Source: Rhizaria sp. SCN 62-66 (lineage: Eukaryota). Taken from it: a stretch of DNA of 47,168 nucleotides. The DNA lies in NCBI GenBank assembly GCA_001724265.1, contig MEDY01000089.1, positions 124,001-171,168 of the forward strand. The letters are read 5' to 3'. A program made the position numbers and the translations under genes. Shown here one piece after another: positions 1-11,000 of this stretch. Position 1 is the first letter of the stretch. Each line of letters begins with the position of its first letter. The notes beneath the pieces were generated by a model, which did not search any database, was not told the origin of the DNA, and was given only the letters and a program-made list of their open reading frames with translations.

Positions 1-2583
1 ACTTTCGTCCGGGGCGCTGGCGCTGCCATCGGCAACGCGGCTGTAGTGCGAGTGAGAGTAGCCGACGAGGGCGGTCGCAACTGTGAGCGCAAGCTCCGGC
101 AGCGCCAGCCGGGACGCCAGCGCGGATCGTTCAAGCCAGTGCCGGCGCTGCCCACAGTCGCTCTTGGAACCACCTGGAGTCTCGCCCTCGCTCTGAGTCT
201 GGCTCAGAAAGCGGTCGAGTGCCTGCTGCTCCCGGCGACGCCTCGCTGCCGCGGCGGCCGCGTTGGCGGTGTAAGTGTCCAGCAGCTCGGGCGTTGCGTG
301 GGCTATGTAGATCAGCAGCGCGATCATGTCCGCAGCGTACAGATCGGTCAGCGTTTGCTCCAAAGTCAGGGTCTTGCTAGGAGCAAGAGCAGCAGCAGTA
401 GACACTCCTGCTAAAGCGGGTAGTCTAGCCGCTAATGTTACTGCGGCAGAAGTTCGCGCGGCCTTCGAGTAAAGCACGCGGGGACAAGGGTGTGAGCCTC
501 CGATAAAGCTAAGCACGAATGATAGCATCAATCGCGAGTGCCCACGGTCGGGCGAACCGAAGAGGTACAGCTGAGAAGGGTCTTCTTTGCAGCCGTTATT
601 GAGAAGCTGCGCAACGATTGACGTCAAGCACTCTTGGTGACAAGTAGTTTGGGATTGTGACTGTGCCAATTCTTGGGCCAGAGAAAGAACCCCGAGCGTA
701 TCCCACTTGCAAATCGACAACGCAGCGCTACAGGCACTAAAATTTGCGTTCTTAGAGCCGTTCTTGGAAACACTCGTGTCAACGTTTGCAATCACAAGTG
801 TTGGTAGCAATAACGCGTGATACAGCAAAAATCCCGCCTCGGTCACAGCACGACTAATGTGAGTGTTTGTGATTGTGTTGTCGGTAGGGCTGTTGCGGGT
901 CGGAGTGAACACGCACAGCACGCTTGGCGGCAGCGGCCGCTCACTGAGCAGCGCTCCTGCCATTGTCTCCGCAGCACTCCTCATCGCGCTCAGGCGAGGC
1001 TGGCGACTTAGACGTGTCAGGGCGCTCACGCTGTAGAGAGCGCTGACCCGCGCGCGGGCGCTCTGATAGCCCTTAGTAACCGTGAGCAGCAGTGTCAGCA
1101 GCGGCAACACGATTGACGGCGGCGGTGACGGCGACGGTGACGACGTCGACGACGATGATGACGAGTGAGACGATGACAGCGCCAGCAACCGATCAGCAGC
1201 GGCGACAGGCGGCAATACAGGAATCTGTGCCAACGGCTGCTGCTGCTGAAAAGCATATGACTGCGCGCAGAGCGAGTCGGTGAGGAGTGAGCTGAACAGG
1301 GGTAGATATGCCGCGTAAAGAGGATCTAAGTACCTCGTAACCACGTCATGTAAGTACCCTTGATCTAGATAGGGCTGGATAAAGTCCCCGCCCTTCGCCA
1401 CAAGCGTCTCTGGGAGTGTGAAGATGAACGGGACAACGCGCAGCAGCAACGGTAGAAACACGGCAAACACGTTGACATTCATAGCAGAACGACTGTTCCC
1501 GCTTTGCGTCGACGTGATCGTAGTTGTTGTTGCTGTGAGCAGTGTTGTGAACACAATATGCGCCGCGTCAGCGGGCGCAAGGGGGGCGACTCCGCCCACA
1601 ACAGCACTTGATAGAGCGCGTGTCGTAGAGGCGCGGGCTGCGGCAGCGGCGGCCGCCGTCGTGACTGCGGCGAAGGAGTGGGTCGGGGCCGGCGGCATGA
1701 ACGGCTGAGGAGCGACGAACCCAGTGACGGCAACGGCGGCGGCGGCGGCAGCTGCCTCAGCCTCGGCGTCGATCTCCGACTCAAGGTTATCAGTCATGTT
1801 AAACTGAGAACCACCACGACTGCTGGCCAAGGGGGTAAGCAGGGCGCTGAAGGGAGCCGGCAACGCAGCAGCCGCTGCTCCCGCCACTGAATCGTTTGCG
1901 AAGCGACTGGCGTCGTCAGGCCCCGCGTTGCCACCGCTGCAGTGCAACGCCGTTGGCATAAACAGTGCCAAGTCTGTGAAGATACGCTCCAGCAGCCGCG
2001 CCGCCGCGTTAGCGGCCACGAAGAGCGGGGCCGTTACGTCCACCGGCGCAGACCGACCCCAGTACGCTGCGCCGAGCGCCGCGCCAAGCGCTGCGGCCGC
2101 AGTCGGCTAGCTCTAGGGCCCTGCAACGCAGGATGACTGTGTGCGTGACTGTGACTGCGCTTGCGAGCAGCAGGCGGCGGTGAGAGCGGCGACGGTGGCC
2201 AGTGCAGCCAGCGCCTGGGGCTGCTCGAGCGCGACCGCAGCGGGGTAGTTGTCAAGGACGGCAAGGGAAAACGCGTGGCAGGCCTCGGTAAACGCAGGCA
2301 CGTAGACCGAGGCAAGGTGCGCAGAGTCGCCGGCGCGCGGGGGCGAGGCGGCGCCGAGCTCGGTGCTGCGGCAGCGGAAGGAACGAAGCGGGGCTGCAGC
2401 TGAGACGAGCCTCGCGGTCGCGGTTGCAAGTATAACGTCATCAGCCGGAGTGCGTAAAAAAGACGGCAATGTGTGGCTCAGGGATACAAAGTCAACACGC
2501 GGGAACGCAGCCGAAAATTGGGTGCATTGTCCCGGGGAAGGCGCCGGCGGGGGCGAAGGAAACATGAGGCAGGGCGCTCCTGT
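1..2583 (-). CDS. Large unknown protein, 3'-partial (runs off the window), with in-frame TAG codons at 2113-2115 and 2107-2109; 5' exon(s) unresolved
   Basis: Codon-by-codon reading shows the frame of ORF 2113..2565 continues through GP-TAG-S-TAG-PTAAAA and has no further stop down to base 1 (~700 codons). The AT-rich stretch above ~2585 looks intronic. Confidence 0.75.
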
Positions 2584-2997
2584 CTAAAGCTGCCCACAGC
2601 AACAAATACAACAACCCAAAAAGTATAATTAAAGGGATAGAAATAAAACTACTTGAGAAAATGACATACACCTTTTTGTTAGGCTTGACAGATGAATGAC
2701 GAAGATTTTCAAATCCGTTAAGTCGAATCGCCAGACCCCATCTTGGCGCCACTCTCCATGTGCAGGCTGACCCCAACCCAACCAAAGCAAATGTGTTATC
2801 ATCAGTGTATTGAGAAAGAAAATGTACTTCAACACTACTGTGTATGCGGTGTTCTGTTTGAATATATTATGATATCCTTTCGAAGTGCGCAATTGCGTCG
2901 AATCACCCCTTCCTCACTCACGTCATGCAACGGCATATCTTCTTTGTCTCCACCTCATGGTTGTGGCTGTTAGAGAGACTGTCGCGCCCACGCACAC

Positions 2998-4557
2998 ATG
3001 AGCTGGACCCAGTTAGAGATACTTCGGGAGAAGAAGACACTTCGTCAGTTATACGCCGCAGTGGGCTACACCTCTTCGCTGCGGCCTGATGTCGCTCCCT
3101 TGGTGGAGCTTTGGAACGCGTTTTACGCCCGGCCCGACACCAGCGTGCTCCGCGACAGCGGCATCGTGCCTCTGCTGCTGCAGTCGCTCGTGTTGAACGG
3201 CGACTCCTAGGCCGAGGTCACGGAGCGCGCTAAGCTCGTCATCAGGGTGCTCGACAAGGCGGCAAGGACCGCAGACGGCGCTGCGCTGCTCGCGGAGTGC
3301 GGCGCTGTGGAGAAGCTCACTGCTCTGCTGCCACACTTCCTCGAGGCGCGAGACGTTAACACCATCGTCCTGCTCCTTCAAGTTGTTGCCGCCGTTGCAG
3401 GCATGTCCGTTGTCCCCACACCCGCCAGGCGCGAGGCGCTGACGAACCTGTTGCGCTACATGCTAGAGGTCGAGAAGCAGAAGCCGGTCCGATCGAAATC
3501 GCTCAAATTGACCTACGACGATGTCTACTTTACCGCTCTGAGCGGTTCAGTAAGCGCGCTCTACGCCGGCGTTTCCGTCGGCGCCGTTACCGCGCCCAAG
3601 CTACAGTACTCCGCGGTCGCCGCCCTGGTCCCGCTGCTGCGCCGAATCATCTGGCTCCACTCCTCGCCCCACAAGCTCTACGAACCCATCCGCTTGGCCG
3701 TGTACGCTGCGCTGCTCAGCGCGCTTCAGCCCGACAGCTGTGACAGCGACAGCGGCAGTGAGAGTGGCGGCGCGGGCGCTGACGATGCGAAGCGCCGCCG
3801 CGACATTGCGGACTTCGCGGCCAGTGGTGACTTTGAGCCGCTGCTGCTACAACTGGGCGACGCCAAGGTTGCGCAGCAACTGCAGCGCTTTCTCGCCCTC
3901 TTCGACGAGAGCGCGTTTGCGGGAGCGCTCTCGAACGAGCGGATCGGACGCCTCCTTGCGTATGTTGACGCCAAAAGCACGTTCAACTTGGCAGAGCAGA
4001 CGGTCTTCATGGGGCTGTTAGCTTCCATGACGGCGCACTCCGTTGAGTTTGCCCAGCGTCTCGCCAGCGCGCGCGGCTTCGCACGGATTCTCGACAACAT
4101 TAACAGCGCGTTCGGGGACCGGAGCCCGCCGCACTTTGCGGTGCTGTCGCATCACACGATGACTGTGTTCGACAACTCGCTCAGGTTGGCCCCAGACGCG
4201 GCGCGCGCGACGCAGCAGCTGCTGTCCGCGGGCGCCGTCGACACCTGCTGCACCCTGCTGATGCACTTCCTGCAGCCGAGCCGCGAGCACAAGAAGGCCG
4301 TGCTCGCCGGCGCGCGGCCCGGCGCGGACACCACGGCGGGGCTGCTCCGCGTGCTCCGCGCGATGATCAGCGCCGGCGGCAGCAACACAAACCCCTGCGC
4401 GACGCGGTTCCTTGCCTGCTACGGGCTGCAGGCGCTTGAGCTGCTGCAGAAAGAGGCGGCCGTGCCGGAGGGCGACGATGGGCCCGTGCTGCGCGAGCTG
4501 GCGCAGCTGCGTGGTATGCTCGTGCGCATGGCCCTCATCGCACCGGACACGGCCTAA
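2998..4557 (+). CDS. ARM/HEAT-repeat helical protein, divergent importin-alpha-like, ~519 aa, one in-frame TAG at 3208-3210
   Basis: ORFs 2998..3210 and 3247..4557 share a frame and are joined by GDS-TAG-AEVTERAKLVIR. ARM-like units: LRDSGIVPLLLQSL, LAECGAVEKLTALL, LLSAGAVDTCCTLL. The C-terminal NPCATRFLACYGLQALELLQ resembles the importin-alpha C-terminus. Ends in TAA at a drop in GC. Confidence 0.7.
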
Positions 4558-5093
4558 ACTCGAAATCAGGTTGCTGTGCCTTTTTGCGAATGTGACTCTT
4601 GGTCCATGACAGTGACTACGGTGGCACGGCAACATCATGGTTTCGCCTTGAAACAACGTGTTAAGAATATGTTATATTTGGTGAGATGCCCGTTGTATGT
4701 CATTTTGTTGTTGTGACCGCAGCAGTCTGAACTTTTCCTTGTGACACAACTCGCTACAAGTACTCGAATGATATGATCATATGTACTCTAGGTGATTACT
4801 TCCTACTATGCAGATATAATGTGCTAACTTTATTGAAATACCTTTGTTATTGTCACTGTTCCTTTCTTTTTCATCCTATTGTTACCTGTAATTCATGTTA
4901 ATATCTACGTCTTTCGCAAATACTACGCTGACGAATACAGCAACCATTATACCTATTACTCAAAGCTCACAAAGATTCGTAAAATTTCATTGTGACACCT
5001 CTTGATTGATATATTATCGTCCTTCATGCAGGTGTGATTGCCATGGTCACCCGCGTCACATGAACGTCCGTGACACAATAAATAACGCAGTGC

Positions 5094-5669
5094 TTATGAA
5101 TCGTACTCTTTGTACGCCCACCAGCTGGCGCGCGGGGACGACCGACTCGCAGTGCGAATATCGTGCAAGGCCTTGTGGATGGGGTTCTTAAAGAACAACA
5201 CTTGGGAGACGAGATCCCTCTGGCTCAAAGTAAAGTTGCTGCGCTCCCTCAGAAGCCTGTAGAGAAACTCGTTGAGCTCAGCGCGGAACTCCGGCTCCTT
5301 GTGCCGCGCGATCTCAAACAAGACGTCAAGAATCCGCGGCGATGTAAAGCGGTACCACCGGCGGTGCCAAACGTAGCGGCCGTCGAGCCCTACCCCGTCA
5401 TCGTCATGGGGCTCGAAGCTGGCGGAACTGGGCTGCACAAAGACGTTCGAGTGAATTTCCACACAGCCGCCGTTTTCAAACGTAGCTTGAACGCCGTCAG
5501 GAAGCTTGAAAGTGAAGAGGCAGGACTCGCGGTTGCCGTTGATGATGTCTTCTCGGTTGTGCAAGTGCCCCGTCGTCATGTTACGCGACGCGTACGCCAA
5601 CCCGTGCAGACGAGAAGGGTCGAGGGTGTACGCGTCAGCCGTGTCATCGCCTCCCGTGTTGTGAGCCAT
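5094..5669 (-). CDS. Unknown ~191-aa globular-looking ORF; either a separate gene or the C-terminal part of the upstream gene beyond a TAA
   Basis: ATG at 5669, TAA at 5094-5096. It lies in the same frame as the 5682..6941 gene, 12 nt after that gene's TAA. Confidence 0.5.
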   Translation of the reverse strand: MAHNTGGDDTADAYTLDPSRLHGLAYASRNMTTGHLHNREDIINGNRESCLFTFKLPDGVQATFENGGCVEIHSNVFVQPSSASFEPHDDDGVGLDGRYVWHRRWYRFTSPRILDVLFEIARHKEPEFRAELNEFLYRLLRERSNFTLSQRDLVSQVLFFKNPIHKALHDIRTASRSSPRASWWAYKEYDS

Positions 5670-5681
5670 CACGAAAGTCGA

Positions 5682-6941
5682 TTAGGGCACAGCGCTACCA
5701 CACGCCCCCATAAACTCATTCTCAGCGTGTCTTTTGGTTGCCTGAGCCACAGCCAGCTGCTTCTCAACGTTAGCGACTTCCTTAGCCACAGTGTCGTCGT
5801 TCGCCGCCGCCACACTGCTCTCTGTCTGAAGGCCTGCGCGCCGAGTCGTCGCAATGCGAGCCTTGCACCGCGCAATCAAGTGCAGATACCAGGCTTTGAT
5901 GAGCCGAGCCTCGTTGCCCTCAGCGCTGTTGGTCTGCAGCAACTCAACATCAGCCTTTGCCGCCGACAGACGCTTCTCACCGCCCGCGCGTCCTTCAGCC
6001 ACCGCGGCCTTAGCGTCAGCCAACGCCTTGTGGGCCTTCGCAAGCATTATATCGGTCTCGGCCTTAAAGAGCGCGGATGCGGCCAGTGCGAGCTCGTTTG
6101 CAAGCTATTTGGTTGACGGGCTCGACTGCCCAGACTGCTCGGAAAGCTCCATAAGACGTGTGTTAGCAGCGAATAGACTGCTAATCGCTGCCTCATCCTC
6201 AACGCCCAACGTAACGGGCTTTGTCTTGTTGTTGCTGGACGGAGCAGTGGTCATTGCCGCGACGTGAGAAACCGGGTTGTCTGATGTCATAGCAGTGACT
6301 TCCTCGTCAGAGGACGTTGTGACCTCTTCCTCGGAGGAGGTTGCAAGTTCTTTGTCAGAAGAGGTCGCGAGTTCCTCGTCAGAGGTCGTGACTTCACTGT
6401 TGGAGTGTGTAGACTCGACGTGTGTTGTCGAAGTCAATGTGGCAAAGGCGCGCGCTGCGACGCACACTAGCGCAGTTCCCTGTAACAGCAATCTGCTTGG
6501 CCGCAGAGGCTGGAGCTCAGCACGCTGCTTTGGCAGCGCAACATGGTGCGTCAAGATCAGTGTGTGTGATAGCTGCGACGGTGACTAAGACTGGGACTGA
6601 GAGTGAAACAAAGCTGGCGTTGGAAAGAGCCTTGCAGATGTGGCAGCGCTGACGTTATTGTTCCATTTCCATCCCACGTCAGCGCTGGCAGTGAAGGCTT
6701 GAGCAGAAACGGTCCTAGCATTTGCAAACGTGTTGGCAGGACTGTGACCGACACTGTGATTCACTGAGCGCGGACTGTAGCTAGGGTTGGGACTGCGGCC
6801 GAGGCCCGCAACGCCGCCGCCGATGAATGCCAATCCGAAGTACTGGCGGGGGGTACTGCTGCGGCGGGTAAGCTTAGATGGTACGTGGATGTGTGGTGCG
6901 AGATAGCGGGGCGCATGAAAGGAAATGTGGCGCGAAATCAT
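5682..6941 (-). CDS. Unknown Ser/Thr-rich and coiled-coil protein, ~419 aa, in-frame TAG at 6585-6587 and 6105-6107
   Basis: ORFs 6585..6962, 6105..6554 and 5682..6047 share one frame, joined as HSQSQS-TAG-SPSQ and PSTK-TAG-LANELALA. First ATG is at 6941; ends at TAA 5682-5684. Confidence 0.65.
6296..6395 (-). repeat. Coding tandem repeat, ~24-nt unit (TSSDEE[LV][AT]), about 4 copies
   Basis: Translation reads VTTSDEELATSSDKELATSSEEEVTTSSDEEVT. Confidence 0.7.
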
Positions 6942-7390
6942 TGAGCAAGCGTTGTCTGTCACTCAAGTTCGAAGATCGCAGACAGGAATGGCACAATATA
7001 TGTGTTATAAAGATAACCAAGTCAGCGTTGTTGATTAAAGGTTGCAATCAGAACATTGTAAAAGGAGTAGCAGTGAATGCTTTGGTGTTAAGCAGTGGGT
7101 AAGACAAATGGAAGTTGTGGGGTGCATGTGACTAGCGGTTTAACTGTGGGAGATATAGAGAGCAAAATAATCGTCATTAAGACCGTGCGTAACGTTGAAT
7201 AATACGGTAACGTGACGGAATTAATTTATTCACTGTTTTCAAGCGCTTAATTGGCTATATGTGTGACTATTGGTACCTTTTTATCGCCCGTACCGAGATC
7301 GTGAATCAAACTACGCTATCGCAGGGCAACCTGAGCGGCAAGTTAGAACAGAAATCCACAAGGCAGAGAAACCGAAGAAACAACGGGACA

Positions 7391-7620
7391 AGCAATCTAA
7401 GTGAGCGGAGTTCGACGAAGAATCGATGAAACTGTCAATAAGATGAAGTTTGTATTCTGACCCGAAGTCAGAACACCTAGCTGAGCAGCCGAGAGTGAAA
7501 GGTGCGACGGAAACGCGTAGCGCTGCCAGTTTTGTACATGCCTGAAGAAGTAACAATAAAAGCAATTTAAACGTGCGGAAGTCCACGAACAGTCGATGAA
7601 GCTGTCGATAAGATGCAGGA
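7391..7620 (+). repeat. Imperfect 60-bp direct repeat (7391-7450 and 7561-7620)
   Basis: Ungapped manual alignment at offset 170 gives 46/60 identities (core TCGATGAARCTGTCRATAAGATG). Confidence 0.7.
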
Positions 7621-8039
7621 TTGGTTGACGTATGTCGACCTCATCTGACCCTTGGTTTCTTTGCTGCTCACGGTCACTCGTTCATGCGATGACTGTGAGC
7701 ATTTACATGTTTAGAAATATGGAGGATCCAAACATTAAAAAAACGTACATCCATCTATGTTGAATGGTGATTTTGAGATGTATTGATCAACTTTGCCGTT
7801 GAATGAACAAAAAGATATGATCAAGAAATTTGTCGAAAAGCTTCGTAAAGAGTACAGGAAGGCACAGTATGTAATTCAGGCACAAAACACAACACAATAA
7901 AAACAGAAATAAAATAAAATAAATACATAGCACGTCCAAAGAAAAACACAATATTAGCAAAAATATGAACGACTAGTAATAATATCGACTGTTTGAGAAC
8001 GTCTGAGTGTCCCTTATCGTCACGGTGACAATGGGTTAC

Positions 8040-11000
8040 TCACCGGTCACGATAAGATGGTGGTGCGTCCCGTAGGTTAGTGAGCTCGACCTCTGGCGGC
8101 GCCGAGGACGGGTACGACTAAGAGTTTGAGGCAACAAGTGCCGAGCCAGCACCAGTCTGCTCAGGCTGATGCGGATACGTGTGCGCTGCGTAGGGTCGCT
8201 GGCCAGGAATGTTGAGGAGTGGCGCGCCGTAGCTTGATGAGGGTGTGACAGGTGAGGCCAGTGACCGGTTGTGTGCCGATGGAGTGGAGCTGAAGGAGAG
8301 TGTCGGGAGGTTCTGCATCTTGCCCTCCGCAGACGGTTTGTGATACTCAAGTGTCTTTGTACGGAGAACGGGCAGTGCGTCGCAGACGCCGACACGGTCG
8401 ATCTCGTAGCTGGGGAAGAGAAAAATAAAGTTGGGAATATTGAAGGTTGCAACTAAAAACCAGGGCTCCAAGTGCACAAGTTTCCGCTGTCCAGGACAAC
8501 ATAACCAGTATGGGAACGGGCGTCCGTAAGACGAAACATCGCGGAATGCAGAGGTGATTGCCGTGGCAATGCGTTCGCACTCGGCGTCGCTGAGATCAGC
8601 GAACAGCCTCATCTCAGCAACACTATGCAAGTATGTTGGCAGCAGCGCCCTCGCGTCGTTGTCATCTGCCTCTGCTGCATCCCCATCGGCCGCGCTTGAA
8701 GACACGTCTGGATTGCTCTTCTGCATCTCTTCGGGAGACTTGAGTTCCGTTGGATGCGCAGCCAACACTGCGCGCACAAGATCGTTTACAATCGGGATAA
8801 ACTGCACCGCGGCGTCACCGGCCTGACTCACGTTCTCAACGCGCAGGGACAACGCGCGCCGCACTTGGTTGTGAATGCGCAACGCTGGTTCACGCTTCCA
8901 TGTCTGGTCGTTGCGCCAACGCTCGAGCAAGATCAGGAAAACTTTCAACGCTAGAGAGCCAAGGATGGACAAGAAACTGATCGTGATCTGACCAAGCGCT
9001 GTATCAAGGAAAGGCTTTGCGGGAACATAACACTGTTCCGCGGATGTGGCGCCTGCCGGGCTTGTGTACCCAGCACCACACGACACGCATGTCTCAGATC
9101 CTTCCAACTCTGCAAAGTAGCCGGGCGTGCAAGAAGTACAGCCGCGCGCCATCGGGCTGTCGGCCGCACGCCCCGGCTCACACGCAGTGCACGTTTCCTC
9201 GGTCGTCTGTGCTGCGTACGAGCCGGGAGAACAGGGCGTCGGCGCCGCAGAGCCCAGGGGACACATGTGGCCGTAACCGCAAGACGTGCTTGCGAGAGTC
9301 ACAGTGGCGCCGGGGCAGTAGAACCCGCTCGGGCATGGTGTCGCTGACGTGGCGTCGCGGGAGCACAGGCTGCCGCGCGGGCACGGCGCAGTCGCAGTTG
9401 AACCAGCGGGACAGTACTGGCCCTCCTCACATTGCACGCGCGTGAGTGCATCAGTGTTTGGGCAGAAATAACCCGCAGTGCAGTTGTAGCTAGAGGCCTG
9501 TGCGGGGCAGTAAACGCCGGGTCCAGGCGGGCACGCGCGCTCAGTAAAACTACCTGCGAGACAGTAGTATCCCTCACGGCAAGGCGCAGGGACAGATGCC
9601 GGAGTTGTGCACACAAAGCCTGCTGCACACAGGGTTTGCTCCAAACTGCGCTCGGGACAAGTTGAGCCATCGTCACAGGCAATTGGCGCCGTGGAGCGCT
9701 GCGGGCAGTACGTGCCCGCTTGACACGGGATCGCAGTCATCACATCCGGGCAATAGTAGCCGCCAGCGCATGGCAGCTCCGCTGTGGCGTCTGCAGGGCA
9801 GTACGAGCCATCAGAACAGGGCACGGACTCGGACACGCCCGACGGACAGGCGTGACCAATGGGGCATGGGCGCACCTGCGTCGGGTCTGGGCAGAAGCTG
9901 CCGGCCGGGCACGCAGCGGGCACTGTGGAGTTCTCGACGCACAGGCGACCCAACGCACAGGGTGTCTGGACAGTTGGCGACGAGCACGCGTAGCCAGCGG
10001 GACACGCCTGCTGTTCAAGGCTACCCGGCGGGCAGTACGTGCCGGCAACGCATGCAATGCGCTACGAAGGATTAGGGCAGTAGTAGCCCGCGGGACACGG
10101 CAGCGCCGCGGCCGAGGACGTGGGACACCATGCGCCCGCGGCGACTTCCGCTGATGTGCACGACACAGGTGAGTTGCTATTCTGCGGGCAGTAGAACCCA
10201 ACTGGACACGCAATAGACTGTGTCGGGGACGGGCAGTAGTGACCGGCGGTGCAGTCGTAAAGCACGGCACGTAGCGAGACTAAGAACGTGTCACCGGGGC
10301 CGCGGTCATTGGAAGGCGTGACCATGTAACTGCGCGTGGTGAACAGCTCCTGCACAGTACCGTACACGGCACCAGTGACGGGGTCAAGTGAGAGACCGAG
10401 CGGTAGCGTGGGTGAGATTGAGAAGTAAACCGGTGATGGAGAGTCACAGTTTTCTGGTGAAGCGGAGAAGTACTTTGCTACAGTGACCATGTGCTCTGCA
10501 AGCGGGAAAGTGCAGCTTTTCACCTTAGCACCAATGCACGAGTTGAGGTAGCCGTCTCCACGCATTGCGGAAGGCGCAAACGACTGGCCCTTGCACTGCA
10601 CGGAGCCGCCGCCGCGGATCGCTGCGGGCTGATCTAGCAGTAGCGTAGATGGCGTTGTAATTGCAAGCAGACCGTCAATCACAAGCTCAGCGCCTACACT
10701 GATGTTAAACGCCGCAGGCGCCGGGTTAGCTGACGACGAGGCCGGCGGGGTGAGCGTGAGCGCGCGGGTCGCAGTGACTTCAACACGAGCTGTCGCCAAC
10801 ACCTCGGTGCGCGCAGTGAGCAACACGTCACCTCCAATGCGGCTCGTCGTTAACGTGCCTTCCACGGTCACCAGCCCTGCGCCGAGCACCGTCAACGCGG
10901 GGACACCTTGCGCAGCGGGCGGTGCGTCCTCAGCAGGCGCGAGCGAGCCTGTGCGCAGCACTGCGCCAGAGGCTACAAACATCACCCAGCCCACGGGAAG

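Noticed and set aside
5163..6116. 317-aa plus-strand ORF
   Set aside because: Antisense to better-supported minus-strand coding sequence, with no recognisable motif.
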